From Myxococcales bacterium (GTDB taxonomy: Bacteria > Myxococcota_A > UBA9042 > JABWCM01 > BTVJ01), in assembly GCA_045863395.1 (NCBI GenBank), contig BTVJ01000045.1:1-63142 (forward strand): DNA of 63,142 nucleotides, written 5' to 3'. The position numbers and the translations under genes were made by a program. Below the pieces are notes generated by a model. The model worked only from the letters and a program-made list of their open reading frames with translations. It was not told the origin of the DNA and made no database searches. This document shows positions 57,953 to 63,142 of this stretch, in pieces (the first letter of the stretch is position 1; each line of letters begins with the position of its first letter).

Positions 57953-58269
57953 GGCCAGCCGTGTGAGCGCCCGGCGCGCTCCAACGTCGGTGACGCGGTC
58001 CTGAGCCGGTCGGCGGCGTTGCTGGCAGGTGGGGCGCCGTGGTAGCCTCAGCGATGTGTGTGTGTGGTCCATCGAGGCGCTGCGCCTCGATTGCTCTCAC
58101 GATGTGTTCAACGGATCTGGCTGAATGGGCGAACTGACCGGAACTTGCGCTGACCGTGGTGTGAAGTCGGCCCACACAGTGATCGGCGCCGCCGCTGGGG
58201 GGCGAACAAGCCTGGCCTCGACGCGGGCGGCTGGTGCTCGGTACGCGCCGTCCCGAGCGCAACCCTGCC

Positions 58270-58821
58270 ATGGATGAGCCTATCCGTGCCCGCTATGCGG
58301 ACCCCTGGGGTGGGTTCTTCATGGTGCGGCCTGGCCGGGAGTCCGATGCTGCGCGGTTGCTCCAGTTCAAGCAGCGCGTCTTTCGGGAGACGGAGTTTCT
58401 CCTCCAGGGTCCGGAGGACTTCCACAGCGACGAGGACCAGGAGGCCGTCTTTCTGCGACGGTTTCGCGTGAGCCAGAACAGCGTGTACCTGGTAGCGGAG
58501 ACGGATCGGCGCATCATTGGGACCCTCAGCATCTATGGTGGCTACTTCAAGCGGAACCGGCACGTGGGACACCTGGGCATGGGTGTGTTACGGGACGTGT
58601 GGGGGGGCGGCGTCGGGGGAGCGCTGCTCGACCAGGGGATCGACTGGGCGCGAACCAACCCATACATCGAGAAGCTGTCGTTGCAGGTCTACCGATCCAA
58701 TGAACGCGCCATACGGCTCTACTTGCACCGGGGCTTTGAGCGAGAAGCCACGTTGGCTGACGAGGTGCGCCTGGACAGCGGGGAGTATGTGGACCTGATC
58801 GTCATGTCGCGTCGGGTCTAG
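58270..58821 (+). CDS. GNAT-family N-acetyltransferase
   Basis: HVGHLGMGVLRDVWGGGVGGALL and LSLQVYRSNERAIRLYLHRGFERE. Confidence 0.92.
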   Translation: MDEPIRARYADPWGGFFMVRPGRESDAARLLQFKQRVFRETEFLLQGPEDFHSDEDQEAVFLRRFRVSQNSVYLVAETDRRIIGTLSIYGGYFKRNRHVGHLGMGVLRDVWGGGVGGALLDQGIDWARTNPYIEKLSLQVYRSNERAIRLYLHRGFEREATLADEVRLDSGEYVDLIVMSRRV

Positions 58822-59055
58822 TAGCCAAGTTGGCCCCGGCGCGAGTGTGTGGTGCAGCTGGAGCAGCGTTTACGCCCAGAGGGAACCCAGGCTGCTCCCC
58901 GCTCTTGCATCCCGGGCTTGTGCTGGTCGCGGCTCTTCGCGTCTGACCGGCCGGAGGCCCAGGGCTGGGGCTTCGCGGTTCGTGGTGTCTGAATTCGTGA
59001 TCGGCTCGGCGCGCTTGGAGGCGCGGCCGGGCTTGGACCCACCAAGGAGGGTGCA

Positions 59056-59685
59056 GTGTCTCGGCAGCAGGATCATCGCAACAGGCCGCGGAAGTCCGGG
59101 CCTGCAGGCGTGGAGCGGTCGGTATCGGGGAGGAACCTGGTCGTGGGGTCACAGCCTCTCGGGCCCGTACACGACGACGATGACGTGGAGGAGATCGCCC
59201 CGCCAGGTAATCGGAGGAGCGAGCCACCGACCTCGGGGGCCCCAGGGGAGGCGCAGGCGACCGGCGGTGACCTGAGCGGGCGCCCGGGAGGTCGACAGGG
59301 TGGGCGAGGTGGCCCGGGTCGAGACCGTCAACGGTCCGGACAGCAGGGTGGGGGCCAGCGAATCGCGTCGGGCGCCGGCCCCGCGCGGGGGCACTCGACC
59401 CCGGCGGGCGCCTCGGCAGGCAGCCCTCCGAGCGGGGGAGGCAGAGCGCGCGGTGTTCTGGCCGATGACGACCCGTTTTGGCAGTTCGGCACGCCCGTGG
59501 AGCTGTGGGGCTCTACGAGGGCGAGTGCGGCTCGTGGGCCACGGGGACGGGGAGAGGGTGGTTCCGAGCGCAAGCGCTACCATGAGTGCCGGACCTGCGG
59601 TGTCAAGATCGAGGTGCGCCGCTCTGCCCAGAATCGGGGGAAGACCCCTTGCCCCACCTGCGGGCGATGGATGGAGCTACGCTGA
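59056..59685 (+). CDS. Hypothetical protein: disordered Gly/Arg-rich region with a C-terminal zinc-ribbon-like CxxC...CxxC
   Basis: AAGGAGG precedes GTG 59056; C-terminal HECRTCG...TPCPTCGRWM. Confidence 0.65.
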   Translation: MSRQQDHRNRPRKSGPAGVERSVSGRNLVVGSQPLGPVHDDDDVEEIAPPGNRRSEPPTSGAPGEAQATGGDLSGRPGGRQGGRGGPGRDRQRSGQQGGGQRIASGAGPARGHSTPAGASAGSPPSGGGRARGVLADDDPFWQFGTPVELWGSTRASAARGPRGRGEGGSERKRYHECRTCGVKIEVRRSAQNRGKTPCPTCGRWMELR

Positions 59686-60012
59686 CGCAGGCGCCGCGTG
59701 GGTGCTGCGCAGGGGCCGCGGTTCGGGCTCCCAGCGGAGACTGGCGGCATGGCGACTGGTGCCGGGTCCGGGTGCGATGGGCAGCGCGGTTCGACGACAC
59801 CTCCCGCAGCGGCGAGTCGGTGATGAGTCACCGTCGGGCTTGTCACGCGATGCGTTGCTTGGCTCCGCCCTCCCTGCCACTCGAGGGCCGTCGCTTCCCC
59901 GCCAGTCGCAACCTCCAACCCACTGAATACTAGTAACAATTCGAGGTGGTGCGTTGCGCCCGACGGGGCAATTCAGCCCTCTCGATGCTCAGAGGGTCAG
60001 CAACGAATATGG

Positions 60013-60296
60013 GCGCGGCCTCATGCGCCGAGTTCGCGGCGGACCAGCCTCGGCCAACCCCGCGGAGGTACTCCTAGTAGGGCGTCGCAAAAGTAATGAT
60101 GCAATCCGGAGGGTCGAGGCGCCCCGCCAGGCGTTCGGCCCAAGCGCCGGAATACTCATGGTATTTCAAGCTTGGGCCGGGCGCCTGGCGGGGATGGATC
60201 GGCCCCCCCGGTTGCATCATTACTTCGGCGACGCCCTACTAGTACCTCCCTGGGTTGGCCGGGGCCGAGCCGCCCGAAGGCGGTCATGAGGGGCGT
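60013..60296 (+). ncRNA. About 284-nt imperfect inverted repeat forming one long rod-like hairpin (candidate structured RNA or fold-back element)
   Basis: Paired blocks: 60019-25/60285-91, 60051-60/60252-61, 60064-71/60242-49, 60075-88/60228-41, 60091-104/60212-25, 60122-33/60182-93, 60136-45/60170-79 and 60151-55/60161-65, with loop TCATG. The repeat is certain; the RNA identity is inferred. Confidence 0.5.
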
Positions 60297-60343
60297 GCAG
60301 CACCTTGTTGCTGACCCCGTCAAGGAGCCTGCCGGACGATGTA

Positions 60344-62302
60344 CTAGAAGCACGCCCCGCATGCTCCGCATGCGTCCGGGCAGCAGTCCCCAGCTAGTGG
60401 GCAGAGAGAGTCGCACCAGCACCCGGGGCCTTGGCCTCCGCATTTTCCTACGCAGTAGGTCGTTCCGCCCCCTCCGCCGCAGTAGCCGCACGTTGCGCAG
60501 GCGTCCGAGCAGCAGTCCCCGAAGCTGACGCACTGCGAGTCACAGTAGCAGTTGCCACTGGACCCAGCGCCGCCGCACTTTCCGGTGCATGGGCCACCAC
60601 CGCCGCCGCCCCCGCCCCCTGCGCAGTATCCGCAGGTCGTGCATGCGTCGGCGCAACAGTCGCCATAGCTGACACAGTCCGCGTCGCAGTAACAGTCACC
60701 GGTGGCGCCGGCGCCACCACAGTTACCAGTACATGCTCCTCCGCCGCCGCCTCCGCCTCCCCCGCACACGCCGCAGGCCGTGCATGCATCGGAGCAGCAG
60801 TCGCCATAGGAGACACAGTCGGCGTCACAGAAGCACTGACCGTCTGCCGACTGACCGCCGCACTTGCCTGCGCACGAGGAGCCTCCGCCCCCGCCCCCGC
60901 CCCCGCCTCCGCCGCAGTAGCCGCACACTCCGCATGCGTCCGTGCAGCAATCGCCAGTGGTCGGACAGGATGAGTCGCACCAGCATCCGCCCGGTGCCTG
61001 TCCTCCGCACATCCCGGCGCAGCTCGATGCTCCGCCTCCGCCTCCGCCGCCCCCACCACCGCAGTAGCCGCAGGAGGCGCAGGCGTCGGCACAGCAGTCT
61101 CCCATCCCAACGCAGGTGTCATCGCACCAGCAGCCCGACGCGCCTTGACCGCCGCACTTCCCGGCGCACTCAGCGGCGCCACCTCCCCCGCCCGTGCACT
61201 GGCCCGTCGCGCCGCAGGCCTGTCCCGCTGGGCAGGTGCCGCACAGGCCCCCGCAGCCGTCGGAGCCGCACGACTTCCCTGCGCAGCTTGGCGTGCATCC
61301 GGACCCACCCGTGCATTTGCCCGCCGCGTCACACGTCTGGCCCGCGGGACAGCCTCCACAAGTTCCGCCGCATCCATCCGAACCACACTGCTTCCCGGCG
61401 CAGTTTGGCGTGCAGCCACCCCCTGCCTCCTGGCACTGCCCACTCGTGTTGCACTTCTTGCCAGCTCCACACGTGCCGCAGACCCCACCGCACCCGTCCG
61501 GCCCGCAGGCTTTTCCCGCGCAGGCAGGGATGCAGCCGCCTGACGCCTGGCACTCCGACGCGGCGTTGCAGAAGGATCCCGACGGACAGCTCCCGCACGT
61601 GTCCCCGCAGCCATCCGGTCCGCACTGCTTGTTGGCGCAGTTCGGGACGCAGGCCCCTCCCTGGCACTGGCCAAGCGCGGTGCAGGTCTGGCCAGCGAGG
61701 CAGGTGCCGCAAATGCCCCCGCAGCCGTCGGGACCACAGATCTTCCCTGAGCAATCTGGAATGCAGGCTGAAACGCACTGCCCGGTGGTGTTGCACACCG
61801 AGCCTGGAGCGCACTCGCCGCACGACCCTCCGCATCCGTCGTCCCCGCACGCGACGCTCGTGCAATCGGGCTCGCAGGGGCTCCCGCAGATCCCGTTGCT
61901 GTTGCACGTCTCGCCGAGGGGACAGGTCCCGCACGAGCCGCCGCAACCATCATCTCCACAGTGCTTGTCGTCACACGCTGGCACACAGTCGGAGGCTACG
62001 CAGCTTCCCACCGGCCCACAGGCGAACCCCGCGGCGCAGGTCCCGCAGGATCCTCCGCAACCGTTCGAGCCACACTCCCGGCTGCCGCAGTTGGGGATGC
62101 ACCCCATGGGGTCCGAAAACGGCGATGATGGTAGGCCCCCACCACCTCCGGCATCGATCCCGTAGGGGACCCCATAGGGGTCCAGGACGACGCCGGTCGT
62201 CGTGCCCTTGGACGAGTCGCAGCCCCCTGCAAGGAGCGCCATGAGCAGCATCGCGGCGCCCAGATAGCTGAGTGCGCAAACGGGCCGGGATAGCAGGATC
62301 AT
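60344..62302 (-). CDS. Cys/Gly-rich repeat lipoprotein (CGxDGCGGxCGxC repeats plus somatomedin-B-like repeats)
   Basis: Lipobox-like AGGC after a hydrophobic stretch; 8 units of C.P.C.GK.CG.DGCGG.CG.C, then 6 units of C.G.CGG....C(W/Y/F)CD..C...GDCC.DAC. Confidence 0.85.
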   Translation of the reverse strand: MILLSRPVCALSYLGAAMLLMALLAGGCDSSKGTTTGVVLDPYGVPYGIDAGGGGGLPSSPFSDPMGCIPNCGSRECGSNGCGGSCGTCAAGFACGPVGSCVASDCVPACDDKHCGDDGCGGSCGTCPLGETCNSNGICGSPCEPDCTSVACGDDGCGGSCGECAPGSVCNTTGQCVSACIPDCSGKICGPDGCGGICGTCLAGQTCTALGQCQGGACVPNCANKQCGPDGCGDTCGSCPSGSFCNAASECQASGGCIPACAGKACGPDGCGGVCGTCGAGKKCNTSGQCQEAGGGCTPNCAGKQCGSDGCGGTCGGCPAGQTCDAAGKCTGGSGCTPSCAGKSCGSDGCGGLCGTCPAGQACGATGQCTGGGGGAAECAGKCGGQGASGCWCDDTCVGMGDCCADACASCGYCGGGGGGGGGGASSCAGMCGGQAPGGCWCDSSCPTTGDCCTDACGVCGYCGGGGGGGGGGGSSCAGKCGGQSADGQCFCDADCVSYGDCCSDACTACGVCGGGGGGGGGACTGNCGGAGATGDCYCDADCVSYGDCCADACTTCGYCAGGGGGGGGGPCTGKCGGAGSSGNCYCDSQCVSFGDCCSDACATCGYCGGGGGTTYCVGKCGGQGPGCWCDSLCPLAGDCCPDACGACGACF

Positions 62303-62546
62303 TTTCGACTCCTGTGATTGCTTCCGCGCGTCACCACTCACGACCTGGTCGCGTCCGAATGCCTCGTCTGCGGCGGAGGAGTGGCACCCAACCGCGCGCG
62401 TTGGCAAGCGAGTCACCAACTGGCGCCAGGCCCTGTTGGGTGCTCAGCCGACTCCATGCACAGCTCCCGCGCCGCACTCCTCAGGATGTCGCAGCGCCTC
62501 TACACGGGCAAGCTAAATTCCACGGCTTGGCGAGTCCGCGGGGTGA

Positions 62547-63140
62547 CTACCCACAGTAGCCGCACTTCGCGCACACGTCCGTGCAGCAGTCGCCGTAGCT
62601 TGCGCAGGTCGAATCGCACCAGCAGCCAGAAGGAGCCTGGTTGCCACAGTACCCAGTGCAGCTCGCAGTGCCCCCACCCCCGCCGCAGTACCCGCACTGG
62701 GCGCAAGCATCGGAGCAGCAGTCGCCCGAGGACACGCAGGTGGAGTCGCACCAGCAGCCTCCAGAAGCCTGCTTCCCGCAGACGCCCTTGCACGAGTTGG
62801 GCGTGGTGCCTCCTCCGCCACAGTAGCCGCACTGGGCGCAGGCGTCGGAGCAGCAGTCGCCCGAGGACACGCAGGTGGAGTCGCACCAGCAGCCCCCGGA
62901 GGCTTGGCCGCCGCAGACGCCCTTGCACGAGTTGGGCGTGGTGCCTCCTCCGCCGCAGTAGCCGCACTGGGCGCAGGCGTCGGAGCAGCAGTCGCCCGAG
63001 GACACGCAGGTGGAGTCGCACCAGCAGCCCCCGGAGGCTTGGCCGCCGCAGACGCCCTTGCACGAGTTGGGCGTGGTGCCTCCTCCGCCGCAGTAGCCGC
63101 ACTGGGCGCAGGCGTCGGAGCAGCAGTCGCCGTAGGTGGC
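62547..63140 (-). CDS. C-terminal part of a second somatomedin-B-like Cys-repeat protein (5' part outside window)
   Basis: Frame open from the window edge; repeated CKGVCGGQASGGCWCDSTCVSSGDCCSDACAQCGYCGGGGTTPNS. Confidence 0.85.
   Translation of the reverse strand, partial: ATYGDCCSDACAQCGYCGGGGTTPNSCKGVCGGQASGGCWCDSTCVSSGDCCSDACAQCGYCGGGGTTPNSCKGVCGGQASGGCWCDSTCVSSGDCCSDACAQCGYCGGGGTTPNSCKGVCGKQASGGCWCDSTCVSSGDCCSDACAQCGYCGGGGGTASCTGYCGNQAPSGCWCDSTCASYGDCCTDVCAKCGYCG
62680..63131. repeat. Near-identical 135-bp tandem repeats (about 3.3 copies)
   Basis: GACACGCAGGTGGAGTCGCACCAGCAGCC recurs at 62731, 62866 and 63001. Confidence 0.92.
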
Positions 63141-63142
63141 GC

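Noticed and set aside
60013..60296. Retron msr/msd, 6S RNA or simple terminator as the identity of the long hairpin
   Set aside because: No reverse transcriptase is in the window. It is longer and more fully paired than 6S, with no large central bubble, and far too long for a terminator. An Rfam scan is still needed to exclude known families.
59954..60533. Opposite-strand ORFs sharing EVL(L)VGRR.SNDA peptides
   Set aside because: The similarity is a by-product of the inverted repeat; there is no RBS or other coding evidence.

Overview
A very GC-rich bacterial window. It is most consistent with a Myxococcota-type organism, given a MYXO-CTERM-like tail, Cys/Asp-rich repeat lipoproteins and a myxobacterial-style zinc uptake locus. 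I see no rRNA, tRNA, CRISPR array, transposase or integrase. Contents in order: end of a Gly-rich MYXO-CTERM protein; a lipoprotein; mdh; a SWIM-SNF2 helicase; an aromatic-amine catabolic cluster (SDR, luciferase-like monooxygenase, class-3 asparaginase homologue, aldehyde dehydrogenase, 2-aminophenol 1,6-dioxygenase beta subunit, alpha-subunit::RidA fusion, KynB-type formamidase) interrupted by an inverted esterase lipoprotein gene; a beta-barrel plus lipase-like lipoprotein; a PG-binding/HExxH protein with a coupled partner; an AlbA_2/HATPase + ParA pair; a double radical-SAM protein; a Zn/metal uptake operon with a His-rich leader ORF; a calpain-like protease; a beta-helix protein; an AttH/CrtC-like::polyprenyl synthase fusion; a 5'-nucleotidase; a 3124-aa repeat lipoprotein; a lipid module facing a cNMP-patatin; a degenerate amidohydrolase; an M23 peptidase; a GNAT; a ~284-nt intergenic fold-back; and two Cys/Gly-rich repeat proteins. 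The best candidate for an undescribed system is the 5.4-14.2 kb cluster. Its gene content fits a kynureninase-independent tryptophan/kynurenine route to 2-aminophenol (monooxygenase Baeyer-Villiger step, then beta-aspartyl hydrolysis releasing aspartate). That pathway is a hypothesis. The second candidate is the long intergenic RNA-like hairpin at 60013-60296. All family calls come from motif recognition by eye; no searches were run.
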